DNA of 64,000 bases from Candidatus Nitrospinota bacterium M3_3B_026 (GTDB lineage: Bacteria > Nitrospinota_A > UBA7883 > JBPRGF01), in the NCBI GenBank assembly GCA_051418015.1, contig JBPRGF010000033.1, positions 416,001 through 480,000 of the forward strand. The letters are read 5' to 3'. This document shows, piece after piece, positions 30,514 through 40,004 of this stretch. The translations under genes and the position numbers were made by a program. Within the stretch, counting starts at the first letter, position 1. Each line of letters begins with the position of its first letter. The notes under the pieces were generated by a model. It was not told the DNA's origin. It saw only the letters and a program-made list of their open reading frames with translations, and did no database searches.

Positions 30514-31068
30514 ATGGAGCGCGTGTTCGAGGAGGCGAAGCGCAAGATGGACGTGAGCCTTGAGCATCTGGCGAAGGAGTTTTCCGGCGTGCGAACGGGA
30601 CGGGCCTCCGTCGGCCTGCTGGACGGGATCGAGGTGGACTACTACGGCGCCCAGACGCCGCTGAACCAGGCGGCCAACATCTCCACCCCGGACGCCCTGA
30701 CCATCGCCATACAGCCATGGGAGCAGAAGATGATTCCGGTCATCGAAAAGGCCATCATGGCCTCCGACCTTGGCCTCACTCCCGCCAACGACGGCAAGGT
30801 CATCCGTATCAACATCCCTCCACTCACCGAGCAGCGCCGCAAAGAGCTTGTAAAGCACGTCCGCAAGATCGCTGAGGACGCCAGGATCGCCATGCGAAAC
30901 GTCCGGCGAGACTGCATCGAAAAGATCAAAAAGCTCGAAAAGGACAAGGAAGTGTCCGAAGACGAGGCCCGCAAAGGCGCCGACACCGCTCAGAAGATCA
31001 TAGACGAGCACATCGAAATGGTGGACAAGATGACCGCCGATAAGGAAAAGGAGATCATGGCCCGGTAG
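30514..31068 (+). CDS. frr: Ribosome recycling factor
   Basis: VRTGRAS, PPLTEQRRKEL, RNVRRD. Confidence 0.98.
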   Translation: MERVFEEAKRKMDVSLEHLAKEFSGVRTGRASVGLLDGIEVDYYGAQTPLNQAANISTPDALTIAIQPWEQKMIPVIEKAIMASDLGLTPANDGKVIRINIPPLTEQRRKELVKHVRKIAEDARIAMRNVRRDCIEKIKKLEKDKEVSEDEARKGADTAQKIIDEHIEMVDKMTADKEKEIMAR

Positions 31069-31086
31069 CCCGGGCGTGACGCGCGG

Positions 31087-31851
31087 ATGATGGCCCTGAA
31101 CAAACACGCGGCCGGAATAGACACCGCCCGCCTCCCCCGCCACGTGGCGATCATAATGGATGGCAATGGCAGGTGGGCGCGGAAAAAGGGCCTGCCCCGC
31201 GTGGCCGGGCACAGGGCGGGGGTCAAGACCGTGGACAGGATCGTGACTTTCTCCCGCGAGTTGGGAATAAAGGCCCTGACGCTCTACTCGTTCAGCTTTG
31301 AAAACTGGAGAAGGCCCCGGTCCGAGATCAGCGCGCTGATGGGCATCCTGAAAAAATACCTCGCCAGGGAGCTGCCAAGGATGATGAAGGAAAACATAAG
31401 GTTTAACATCATCGGCAGGCTGGACCTCCTCCCGGACACGGCCAGGAAGGCCGTCCATGACGCCACGCTGAAAACCAGGGACAACGACGGCATGACGCTG
31501 ACTCTCGCGCTCTCCTATGGCTCGCGGGACGAGATAACCCGCGCCGCGGTCAGGCTGGCCAGGGACATCCGGGAGGGCCTTGTCCGCCCGGAGGAGATAG
31601 ACGAAGAGAAGCTCTCCTCCTATCTCGACACAAGGGATCTGCCCGACCCGGACCTGCTCATCAGGACCAGCGGGGAGCTTCGGATAAGTAATTTCCTGCT
31701 CTGGCAGATAGCCTACGCCGAGCTTTACTTCACGGACAAGCTGTGGCCCGACTTCACCGCGGAGGACATGGCCGAGGCGATCCTTTCCTACCAGCGAAGG
31801 GAGAGGCGCTACGGCAGGACCACCGAGCAGGCTGCCCGGGGAGGCGGCTGA
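31087..31851 (+). CDS. uppS: Undecaprenyl diphosphate synthase
   Basis: HVAIIMDGNGRWA, FSFENWRRP, RTSGELRISNFLLWQ. Confidence 0.97.
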   Translation: MMALNKHAAGIDTARLPRHVAIIMDGNGRWARKKGLPRVAGHRAGVKTVDRIVTFSRELGIKALTLYSFSFENWRRPRSEISALMGILKKYLARELPRMMKENIRFNIIGRLDLLPDTARKAVHDATLKTRDNDGMTLTLALSYGSRDEITRAAVRLARDIREGLVRPEEIDEEKLSSYLDTRDLPDPDLLIRTSGELRISNFLLWQIAYAELYFTDKLWPDFTAEDMAEAILSYQRRERRYGRTTEQAARGGG

Positions 31852-31857
31852 CATCCC

Positions 31858-32649
31858 GTGACAAGGATCGCGAGCGGCCTGGCCCTGGCCGCGCTGGCGC
31901 TCGCGCTGATACTCCTGGGGTCGGCGGCTCATTTTTTCGCTGTCCTGGAGGCTGTGGCGGTCGTATGCCTGCTGGAGTTTTACGGCCTGCTCCGGGCCGG
32001 AGGGCTGCCGCGCCTTGAGCTGGCCGGGACGGCGGCGGGCGCTGGGTTGCTCTTCGTCTTCTACATGGAGGACCCTTTCGCCATAACCGCCTTCGCGGGC
32101 GCGGCTTTTGTCGTTGTCTTCATCACCGCCGTCGGCGTACACAAAAAAAGCGCCCTCTCCGCGGCGGCCTTCACCATGCTCGGCGCTGTCTACATCTCCG
32201 TCACGCTGGGAGCGCTGGCCCTTATCCGCAAGGCCCCGGACGGCGCCACGCTGGTCATAACCCTGGTAACGGCCAACGCTCTCGCGGACGTATTCGCCTA
32301 CTATACCGGCAGGCTTTTCGGCAAAACGCCGCTCGCGCCCTCCATAAGCCCTGGCAAGACCTGGGAGGGCTTCTTTGGCGGTATCATCGGCGCGGCCGCC
32401 TGCGCCATCGCCCTGAAGGCGTTGATCGCTCCTTTCTTGAGCCTCACCGACGCGGCCGCCCTCGGCGCCATAGCGGGAATCATCGGCCCGGCGGGCGACC
32501 TGGCTGAGTCCGCGATCAAGCGAAGCGTGGGCGCCAAGGACTCCGGCAGGATCATACCCGGCCACGGCGGAGCGCTGGACAGGCTGGACAGCCTCATGTT
32601 CAGCTCGGTCTTCTTCTTCATCTACATGAGGCTTTTCATTCAGCCGTGA
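31858..32649 (+). CDS. cdsA: Phosphatidate cytidylyltransferase
   Basis: SPGKTWEG, GDLAESAIKR, KDSGRIIPGHGGALDRLDS. Confidence 0.96.
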   Translation: MTRIASGLALAALALALILLGSAAHFFAVLEAVAVVCLLEFYGLLRAGGLPRLELAGTAAGAGLLFVFYMEDPFAITAFAGAAFVVVFITAVGVHKKSALSAAAFTMLGAVYISVTLGALALIRKAPDGATLVITLVTANALADVFAYYTGRLFGKTPLAPSISPGKTWEGFFGGIIGAAACAIALKALIAPFLSLTDAAALGAIAGIIGPAGDLAESAIKRSVGAKDSGRIIPGHGGALDRLDSLMFSSVFFFIYMRLFIQP

Positions 32650-33803
32650 AACGCATAGCCATACTCGGCTCCACGGGCTCCATAGGCCAAAGCGCCATCG
32701 ATATAATAGAGCGCTTCCCGGACCGGTTCACAGTCACGGCGCTGGCGGCCAGAGCCAACGTGGAAAAGCTCGCCGCGCAGATCGAACGGCTCGGGCCGGA
32801 GGTGGTCTCCGTCGCCGACGGGGAGAAGGCCGAAAAGCTGCGGTCCATGACCACCCGGAAGCTCAGGATCCTGACGGGGGTCGAGGGGGCCGTGGAGCTT
32901 GCGGGGATGGACAACAGCGATCTGGTGGTCTCCGCCATGGTTGGAGCCGCCGGACTCGCCCCCACGATGGCCGCCGTCAAGGCCGGCAAGACGGTGGCGC
33001 TTGCGAACAAGGAGGCCCTGGTGGCCGCCGGGGCGCTGGTCATGAAAGAGGCCAGGAAAAACCGCGCCAGGATCATCCCCGTGGACAGCGAGCATTCCGC
33101 CGTCTTCCAGGCCCTGCGCGGAGAGCGGCGGAAAAACATAAGACGAATCATCCTCACCGCCTCGTGCGGGCCTTTCCGCGATCTCCCGATCGACAAGATG
33201 AAAGACGTGACGGTCCAGCAGGCCCTCAACCATCCCACCTGGGACATGGGCCCCAAGATAACCATAGACTCGGCCACCATGATGAACAAGGGACTCGAGG
33301 TCATAGAGGCCCGGTGGCTCTTCAATGTCCCGGAGGACAGGATCGAGGTGCTGGCGCATCCCCAGAGCATCGTCCATTCCATGGTGGAGTTTTCGGACTC
33401 CTCGGTGATAGCGCAGATGGGGCTGCCGGACATGCGCGCGCCGATCGCCTTCGCCCTCTCCTTCCCGGAGAGGCTGGACGCGCCGCTGCCCTCGCTGGAC
33501 CTGAGCGAAATCGGCAAGCTCACATTCGAGCGGCCGGACACGGCGAAGTTCCCCTCGCTTGCGCTCGCTTACGAGGCGCTGCGGATGGGAGGCTGCGCGC
33601 CGGCCGTCCTGAACGCGGCGAACGAGGTGGCCGTGGAGGCTTTCCTCGCCGGGCGGATACGGTTCACCGCCATTCCCCTCGTGGTGGAGAAGGCTCTGCG
33701 GGACTGTGAACAGGCACCTATCGCTTCTCTTGCGGACGCGCTTCACGCGGATCAGCGGGCGAGGGCGAAAATGAGGGAATTAATAAAGAGGACGCTCTCC
33801 TAA
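32646..33803 (+). CDS. dxr: 1-deoxy-D-xylulose-5-phosphate reductoisomerase
   Basis: ILGSTGSIG, LANKE, PVDSEHSA, HPTWDMGPKITIDSATMMNKG. Confidence 0.98.
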   Translation: MKRIAILGSTGSIGQSAIDIIERFPDRFTVTALAARANVEKLAAQIERLGPEVVSVADGEKAEKLRSMTTRKLRILTGVEGAVELAGMDNSDLVVSAMVGAAGLAPTMAAVKAGKTVALANKEALVAAGALVMKEARKNRARIIPVDSEHSAVFQALRGERRKNIRRIILTASCGPFRDLPIDKMKDVTVQQALNHPTWDMGPKITIDSATMMNKGLEVIEARWLFNVPEDRIEVLAHPQSIVHSMVEFSDSSVIAQMGLPDMRAPIAFALSFPERLDAPLPSLDLSEIGKLTFERPDTAKFPSLALAYEALRMGGCAPAVLNAANEVAVEAFLAGRIRFTAIPLVVEKALRDCEQAPIASLADALHADQRARAKMRELIKRTLS

Positions 33804-33819
33804 GTCCGGCGGGCCGGGC

Positions 33820-34674
33820 TTACTCCACGATCAGCGTCTCCATCTTCTCAGGCTCCACCAGGCCCGCGGGGTCCAGCAGAAGTATCGTTTTGTCCTGCCC
33901 CTTCGGCCTGGCCACGCCCAGCACTTTCTCGGACTTCTCCGCCGACGACACCATGGGGGGCGGGCCTATCTCTTCCGGCCGCAGGGTTATGACCGACTCC
34001 ACCCTGTCCACAAGGAGCCCCACGGAGATGTTTTCTATATCCACGATCAGAACGACGTCCCTGAAGGCGCGCCCTATCTCCGAGACAACGGAGTCGAAAA
34101 GCTCTATCATCCTCTTGAGCTCCCTGTTCTCCGCCCGCGTTATTATCCTGTGGGCTTCGTCGATCCTGCCCTGCTTTTCAAGGCCCTTCACCTCCGCCGC
34201 CACGCCGTGTATCGCCCTGTGTGGGGCATCGAACTTTTTCAGCAGACCGGACAGAACGAGGTCGTCCGTCCTGAACTGGCCGTACCAGATGCCGAACTCG
34301 CACTTTTCGGGGTCCATCTGCTTTCTAAACTCCCGGCTTTCATTCACGGAAGCCTTCAGCTCGTCAAGCCAGTCCACGTGATCGCGCTTGCGGGCCTTGA
34401 GCATCTCGGCCAGCTCGGCCCGCTCCTCCCGGGCGGATTTCATTCCCAGGCGGACCCGCAGGTCTATCACGGGGATGGTAAGCTCGCGCAGGTTGATGAG
34501 ACCGAGCACGTGGGGAGGGGAGTCTGGGAGTTCGGTCATCTTCGGGGTGATGACAAGCTCCCGGATGTTGTCTATGGAGACAGCGAACCATCGCCCCGCC
34601 AGCTCGAAGAGAACCCACTGGGACTCGTCCTGATCCTCCAGTTCCTCTTCTTCGTCAAAATCGTCGAAGGTCAT
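33820..34674 (-). CDS. CheW-family coupling protein with inserted CZB (chemoreceptor zinc-binding) domain
   Basis: CheW halves LGLINLRELTIPVIDL and VGLLVDRVESV flank HVDW...CEFGIWY...HRAIH (3His/1Cys CZB signature). Confidence 0.85.
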   Translation of the reverse strand: MTFDDFDEEEELEDQDESQWVLFELAGRWFAVSIDNIRELVITPKMTELPDSPPHVLGLINLRELTIPVIDLRVRLGMKSAREERAELAEMLKARKRDHVDWLDELKASVNESREFRKQMDPEKCEFGIWYGQFRTDDLVLSGLLKKFDAPHRAIHGVAAEVKGLEKQGRIDEAHRIITRAENRELKRMIELFDSVVSEIGRAFRDVVLIVDIENISVGLLVDRVESVITLRPEEIGPPPMVSSAEKSEKVLGVARPKGQDKTILLLDPAGLVEPEKMETLIVE

Positions 34675-34853
34675 ATTGTTCGCCTTTGGGATCGGACATC
34701 AAGCCTTAGACACATTATAACCAAAAGCGCGCGCGATGAAAGCCTCTTTCGGGGCCGCGCCATGGCTGTCCGCGCCAGGGGCTTTTTCGCTTTAAATTCC
34801 CATGCGGTTGACATAACCTGTTCTTTTTTTCTGAAACTGTCTTATTCAGCAGG

Positions 34854-35969
34854 ATGAGGATCCTCCACGTTCTTTTCACGAAAGGCTGGGGCGGGCTGGA
34901 GCGTTTCGCCCTGGAGCAGGCCCGCGCCATGGCCTCCCGCGGGCATGACATCATCTTCCTTGCGAGAAGGGGGGCCAGCGTCGCCGAGGCGTTGCGGTCC
35001 GAAAAGAACATCAGGACCACGGAGCTTTCGCCCATCAAGTATATCGACATCCGCGCCATGCTCTCCATCCGGCGGCTGGCGGTCAGGGAGGGTGTGGACA
35101 TCGTACACGCCCATAACTCAGCGGACCTCGGGCTCGTGGCGCCGGCGCTGTGGAGGGCGCCGGGCGTCAAGCTGGTTTTCTCCAACTATATGCGCGTTCC
35201 GGCGCCTAAGCGCGACATCTACCATCGGCTGGAGTACGCAAGGGCGGACAAGATACTCACCGGCTCTGACTACATGCGTGAAAACTCTATCGAGAACCTG
35301 CCCGTCCCGCCGGAGAAGGTCGAGACGCTGCCTTACGGGCTCGACATGGACAGGTTCGACCCTGGCAGGGTTCCAAAGGGGGCCGTGCGCTCGCTGTACA
35401 AGATACCGAAAAACGCGCCCCTGATCGGCGTCATAAGCAGGCTGGATCCGCTTAAGGGACAGATGGAGATGATCGAGGCGATGCCGATGATTCTGCGCCG
35501 CGCGCCGGACGCCGTCCTCGCCCTCACCGGAGCGGAGACACCGGAGCTGGCCGGAAAATACAAACCGAAGTTGGAGGCGAAGGCCAGGCAGCTCGGCGTC
35601 CAGGACAAAGTCATCTTCACCGGGCCGACGGATGACACGGCCTCCATCCTGGCGGATCTGGACGTCTACGTCCTTCCGTCTCACGCGGAGACTTTTTCGC
35701 TTGGCTGCCTGGAGGCGATGGCCATGGGAAAACCGGTCGTGGGCGCGCGCGCCGGGGGTACGCCGTCGATGCTGGAGGATGGCGCCCTCGGCCTGCTGGC
35801 GGAGCCGGAAAATCCCGCCTCGCTGGCGGAAAACGTGGCCCGGCTGCTGGAGGACGAGACCCTGAGGGAGAGGATATCCATGGCGGCCAGAGAAAAGGTG
35901 AGAAAAGACTACGACCGCCGCGCCGTTTTCAACAGGCTGGAGGAGGTCTACGGAGAGCTTTCCCGCTGA
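34854..35969 (+). CDS. Glycosyltransferase family 4
   Basis: GGLE N-terminal motif, SRLDPLKG, ETFSLGCLEAMAMGKPVV. Confidence 0.92.
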   Translation: MRILHVLFTKGWGGLERFALEQARAMASRGHDIIFLARRGASVAEALRSEKNIRTTELSPIKYIDIRAMLSIRRLAVREGVDIVHAHNSADLGLVAPALWRAPGVKLVFSNYMRVPAPKRDIYHRLEYARADKILTGSDYMRENSIENLPVPPEKVETLPYGLDMDRFDPGRVPKGAVRSLYKIPKNAPLIGVISRLDPLKGQMEMIEAMPMILRRAPDAVLALTGAETPELAGKYKPKLEAKARQLGVQDKVIFTGPTDDTASILADLDVYVLPSHAETFSLGCLEAMAMGKPVVGARAGGTPSMLEDGALGLLAEPENPASLAENVARLLEDETLRERISMAAREKVRKDYDRRAVFNRLEEVYGELSR

Positions 35970-36658
35970 AGCAGGACGGGAACGCTCCCCATCACCGACA
36001 CCCTCCGCCGTCCCACACGCAGCCTCACGGCGGCCACTTCGACGCCGGATTCCGCAGCCGCGCGCAAAGCGCCGCCAAAGGCGGGGTCTGTCCTCCAGTT
36101 CGGCCTGAAACAGGCGGCGTCCGAGCGCTGGATAACGAAGAGGACGGCGCTCTTGAAGCCCTCCCCTTTCAACCGGGCAAGCTCCAGGACATGCCTTCTC
36201 CCCCGCTCCGTCGGGGCGTCCGGGAAGCGGGCCACTTTGCCCTCCACCAAGGTGACCGATTTTATCTCCACGATCACCGGAGGCGCGCCCTCCCCTTCCA
36301 GCAACAGGTCGAACCTGTGGGCCCCGATGGAATACTCCCGGCGCGCTTTCGTGTAACCGGGGAAAAGCGGGAAACCGCCCCCCTCCACAAGCTCCGCCAC
36401 CAGGCGGTTCGGCGCCGTCGAGTCCACGAGAACCCACCTGCCGTTACGCCAGGCCGCGCGCAGGGTGTAGGCGGTTTTTCTATTCGGAGAAGAAGCCCCC
36501 TCCACCAGGACGCGCCGGCCAGGCGTCATCAGCTCCGTCAACCTGCCGGAGCTTGGGACGCTGGCCTCTTCCACCCTGCCGCTGATCTTTACAAGACACA
36601 GGAACCTGTTCACCTTGCGGACAAGAAAGGCGTCTAGGGGCTTTTCGGTGTGTATCAA
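35948..36658 (-). CDS. sfsA: DNA/RNA nuclease SfsA
   Basis: NRF, SGRLTELM, RFDLLL, EIKSVTL, FPDAPTERGRRHVLEL. Confidence 0.92.
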   Translation of the reverse strand: MIHTEKPLDAFLVRKVNRFLCLVKISGRVEEASVPSSGRLTELMTPGRRVLVEGASSPNRKTAYTLRAAWRNGRWVLVDSTAPNRLVAELVEGGGFPLFPGYTKARREYSIGAHRFDLLLEGEGAPPVIVEIKSVTLVEGKVARFPDAPTERGRRHVLELARLKGEGFKSAVLFVIQRSDAACFRPNWRTDPAFGGALRAAAESGVEVAAVRLRVGRRRVSVMGSVPVLLQRESSP

Positions 36659-37858
36659 CTACGTCCTGTATTCGGCGTTTATCCTGACGTAATCATAGGA
36701 CAGGTCGCAGGTCCAGACCTCCGCCCTTGCCCGCCCGGCGCCAAGGCGCAACGACACGACGATATCCCGCGACTTGAGTTTGCGGCCGACTCGCGCCTCC
36801 CAGGGGTTTTCGGCCAGACGCCCCTTCTCGAAAATGACGACGCCCCCGATGGCCAGCGTCACCTTCGACACGTCCATGGGAACGCCCGCCGCGCCAGCCG
36901 CGGCCAATATCCGGCCCCAGTTCGCGTCCTCGCCGAACATGGCCGTTTTCACAAGGCTTGACCGGGCTATGGACATGGCCACGGCCCGCGCCGCTTTTTC
37001 CGAGGACGCGCCGTCCACCCTGACCGTGATAAACTTCGTCGCCCCCTCGCCGTCGCGGACGATTTTTTTGGCGAGGTCGACGCAGACGGCGGTGACGGCC
37101 TCGAGCAGCGCGGCGTATCTTTTTCCGGCGGGCTTTTCGATCATCGGCGCGCTGGAGGCTCCGTTGGCCATGATGATGAGCATGTCGCTCGTGCTCATGT
37201 CCCCGTCTATCGTTATCCTGTTGAAAGAGGCGTCCGCCGCTTCTCGCGTCATCTCCCTGAGCGCGCGGCTGGAGACGGCGGCGTCCGTGGTGACGAACGC
37301 CAGCATGGTCGCCATGGCCGGGTGAACCATCCCGGAGCCTTTGGCCATCCCTCCCACGCAAACCCGTCTCGAGCCGATCATAAGCCGCGCTGAGCTCTCC
37401 TTGGAGACAAGGTCCGTGGTCAGGATCGCCTCCGCCGCTTCGGCCCCGCCTGCGGGGGAAAGAAGGGGCGCGAGTTTTTCGACCCCCTTCTCAATCTTCT
37501 TTATCGGCAGGGGCTGGCCGATGACCCCTGTCGACGCCACGAGGGTCTCGGACGGCTTGAGCCCCGCCGCCCGCGCCGCCGAGGCCATCCGCCTGGCGTC
37601 CTCCATCCCCGCAGGGGTCAGGACGTTCGAGTTGCCGGAGTTTATCACCACCCCCCGCGCCGTTCCGGAACGAAGCCTCGCCCGGCTCCACAGGACAGGC
37701 GCGCCCTTGACGCGGTTGGCCGTGAAAACGCCCGCCGCCGTGGCGGGCCGCTCGGAGACTATAATGGCGAGGTCTTTGGCCCCGGTCTTTTTTATCCCGC
37801 AGCTTATACCACCCGCGATGAATCCCCGGGGGGTCGTGACGCCGCTTCGCCGCGCCAT
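36659..37858 (-). CDS. argJ: Bifunctional ornithine acetyltransferase/N-acetylglutamate synthase
   Basis: NSGNSN, STGVIG, AKGSGMVHPAMATML, DGEGATK, TCDLSYDYVRINAEY. Confidence 0.96.
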   Translation of the reverse strand: MARRSGVTTPRGFIAGGISCGIKKTGAKDLAIIVSERPATAAGVFTANRVKGAPVLWSRARLRSGTARGVVINSGNSNVLTPAGMEDARRMASAARAAGLKPSETLVASTGVIGQPLPIKKIEKGVEKLAPLLSPAGGAEAAEAILTTDLVSKESSARLMIGSRRVCVGGMAKGSGMVHPAMATMLAFVTTDAAVSSRALREMTREAADASFNRITIDGDMSTSDMLIIMANGASSAPMIEKPAGKRYAALLEAVTAVCVDLAKKIVRDGEGATKFITVRVDGASSEKAARAVAMSIARSSLVKTAMFGEDANWGRILAAAGAAGVPMDVSKVTLAIGGVVIFEKGRLAENPWEARVGRKLKSRDIVVSLRLGAGRARAEVWTCDLSYDYVRINAEYRT

Positions 37859-37861
37859 CGC

Positions 37862-38878
37862 CTAAAAAAGCCCCTCCGCCTCGTCGAGGCCATGGCGGAT
37901 GTTGAAAAGCTGGACGGCCTGGCTGGAGGCGCCCTTCAACAAGTTGTCTATGACCGACGTCACGATGACCCTGCCCGTCCGGCCGTCCGCCTCCACGCCC
38001 ATAAAAACCCCCGGCCCGCCGACGGCCCATTTCATCCTTGGGAACTTTTCCGTTACGGTTACGAGCCTTTCATCTTTGTAGAAATCGGCGTACAACCCCA
38101 GAAGCTCATCCCGCGTCCGTGGCGCGGCAAGGCTCGCGGTGATGGTGGTGTGTATCCCCCTGGCCGCCGGGAGCAGGTGGGGGATAAAAGTCACGGTTAC
38201 GGGATCCCCGGCCAGGGCGGAAAGTTCCTGCTCTATCTCCGGCGTGTGCCGGTGCCGCGGCGCGCCGTAGGCGAAAAAGTTCCCCTCCATCTCGGCCAGC
38301 ATGTAGTCCGGCTCAGCCTTCCGCCCCGCGCCGGTGACGCCGGAGACGGAGTTTATGACTATCGTGGAGAGGTCTATCACCCCCCCCCTGACCAGGGGCG
38401 CAAGTCCCAGTATCGCCGAGGTCGGGTAGCAGCCGGGAACAGCTGAAAGATCGGCCGTGGCGGCCTTGTCGCGGTACAGTTCCGGCAGGCCATAGACGGC
38501 CTTGTCAAGGAGCCGTGGCGCGGTGTGCCGGACACCGTACCATTCTTCATATACGGCGGCGTCCTTCAGCCTGAAATCGGCGGAAAGATCGAAGACTTTG
38601 AGGCCCGCGTCAAGCAGCCCGGGGACGACCTTCATCGACTCCCTGTGCGGCAGGCAGAGGAAGACCACCTCCGCCCTTCCCGCGAGGGCGGACACATCGC
38701 CGCTTTCGAATTTCATATCGGAGCGGCCGGCGAACCTTGGAAAAACCTCCGCCAGCGCCTTCCCCGCGAAGGTCTCCGAAACGGCGAAGGCGAGCTTTGC
38801 TCCGGGGTGCGACAGGAGGATGCTAACAAGCTCCTGGCCCGTGTAGCCCGCCGCGCCGATCACGCCTGCGTTGATCAT
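37862..38878 (-). CDS. argC: N-acetyl-gamma-glutamyl-phosphate reductase
   Basis: GAAGYTG, DLSADFRL, PGCYPT, HRHTPEI, DNLLKGA. Confidence 0.97.
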   Translation of the reverse strand: MINAGVIGAAGYTGQELVSILLSHPGAKLAFAVSETFAGKALAEVFPRFAGRSDMKFESGDVSALAGRAEVVFLCLPHRESMKVVPGLLDAGLKVFDLSADFRLKDAAVYEEWYGVRHTAPRLLDKAVYGLPELYRDKAATADLSAVPGCYPTSAILGLAPLVRGGVIDLSTIVINSVSGVTGAGRKAEPDYMLAEMEGNFFAYGAPRHRHTPEIEQELSALAGDPVTVTFIPHLLPAARGIHTTITASLAAPRTRDELLGLYADFYKDERLVTVTEKFPRMKWAVGGPGVFMGVEADGRTGRVIVTSVIDNLLKGASSQAVQLFNIRHGLDEAEGLF

Positions 38879-39009
38879 GCCATTCTCCCGCGTATGCCGA
38901 TGTTTTCAGCCGGCCCCGCGCTGGAATACCCGAAAACGAAGCACGGCCCTGGAAAGGATGATAACAGGGCGAGGCGCCCCGCCGCGATGAAAAACAGAGG
39001 GAGCGGTTT

Positions 39010-39411
39010 TTAACGTTTCGAGAACTGGTACCGCTTGCGGGCTCCGGGCTGGCCGGGCTTTTTACGCTCTTTTTCCCTCGAGTCCCTGGTAAGCATCCCC
39101 GCCTTCTTGAGGACGGGCCTCAGCGAGGAGTCATATTTCTCCAGAGCCCTGGCGATCCCGTGTTTGACGGCGCCCGCCTGGCTGTTCAACCCGCCGCCCC
39201 GGACGGTGCAGTATACATCCAGCCTGTCACCGAGGTTCGTAAGGTCAAGAGGCTGGCGGAGGATCATCACGGAGGTCTCCCGTTTGAAGTAGTCCGCCGC
39301 GGGGGTCTTGTTGACCTTTACGTCTCCTCCGCCCGGCATGATCCAGACCCGGGCCGTAGAGGTCTTGCGGCGGCCCGTGGCGTATATCTTGTCTTCAACC
39401 TGATTGGCCAT
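39010..39411 (-). CDS. rpsI: 30S ribosomal protein S9
   Basis: [12 protein letters not shown]-terminal KRYQFSKR. Confidence 0.98.
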   Translation of the reverse strand: MANQVEDKIYATGRRKTSTARVWIMPGGGDVKVNKTPAADYFKRETSVMILRQPLDLTNLGDRLDVYCTVRGGGLNSQAGAVKHGIARALEKYDSSLRPVLKKAGMLTRDSREKERKKPGQPGARKRYQFSKR

Positions 39412-39414
39412 CCT

Positions 39415-39852
39415 CTACATCTCCAGCGGAACAGGCTTCTGCGCGGCGTGAGGGTGCTCCGGCCCCGCGTAGACCTTGAGTTTCTTTATCACCTGGCGGC
39501 TGAGCCTGTTCTTCGGCAACATTCCTCTCACCGCGTTCACGACAATCCTCTCGGGATTTTTCGAAAGAAGCTCCCGGGCCGTTATGGACTTCAGGCTGCC
39601 TATGTAGCCGCTGTGCCTGTAATAGACCTTCTGGTCCAGCTTGGCGCCCGTCAGCTTCACTTTCTCCGCGTTGACCACCACGACAAAAGAGCCGGTGTCC
39701 ACGTGCGGCGTGAACGTCGGCCGGTCCTTCCCCCGCAGGATATTCGCGACCTGAGCGGCCAGCCTCCCCAGGACCTTCCCCTCGGCGTCGACGATGACCC
39801 ACCGCCTGCCGTTCACCGGGAAATCCTTCGGCTTCGCCGAGTATGTCTTCAT
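39415..39852 (-). CDS. rplM: 50S ribosomal protein L13
   Basis: [32 protein letters not shown]; start taken at MKTYS. Confidence 0.98.
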   Translation of the reverse strand: MKTYSAKPKDFPVNGRRWVIVDAEGKVLGRLAAQVANILRGKDRPTFTPHVDTGSFVVVVNAEKVKLTGAKLDQKVYYRHSGYIGSLKSITARELLSKNPERIVVNAVRGMLPKNRLSRQVIKKLKVYAGPEHPHAAQKPVPLEM

Positions 39853-39915
39853 GCCTTTTTTCACGGAAACCTTTTCCTTTCGTCCCCTGACGAGACAACA
39901 AAAAACGAATTAAAG

Positions 39916-39944
39916 ATATTAATTATTCACAGACTTGTTGTCAA
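39916..39944 (-). promoter_or_regulatory. sigma70 promoter of rplM-rpsI
   Basis: Minus strand TTGACA (39944-39939), 17 bp, TAATAT (39921-39916). Confidence 0.65.
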
Positions 39945-40004
39945 CATGAATTTGCGCGCTTGTCCGAAAATGGCGTCCGCTGTCCGGCCTGGGCGGGGTT
40001 CCGC

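Noticed and set aside
30436..32565. 709-aa antisense ORF, and similar long shadow ORFs (1055-2545, 24665-26512, 49736-51439, 62679-63977)
   Set aside because: They lie opposite well-conserved genes, show no motifs, and are expected from high GC3 codon bias
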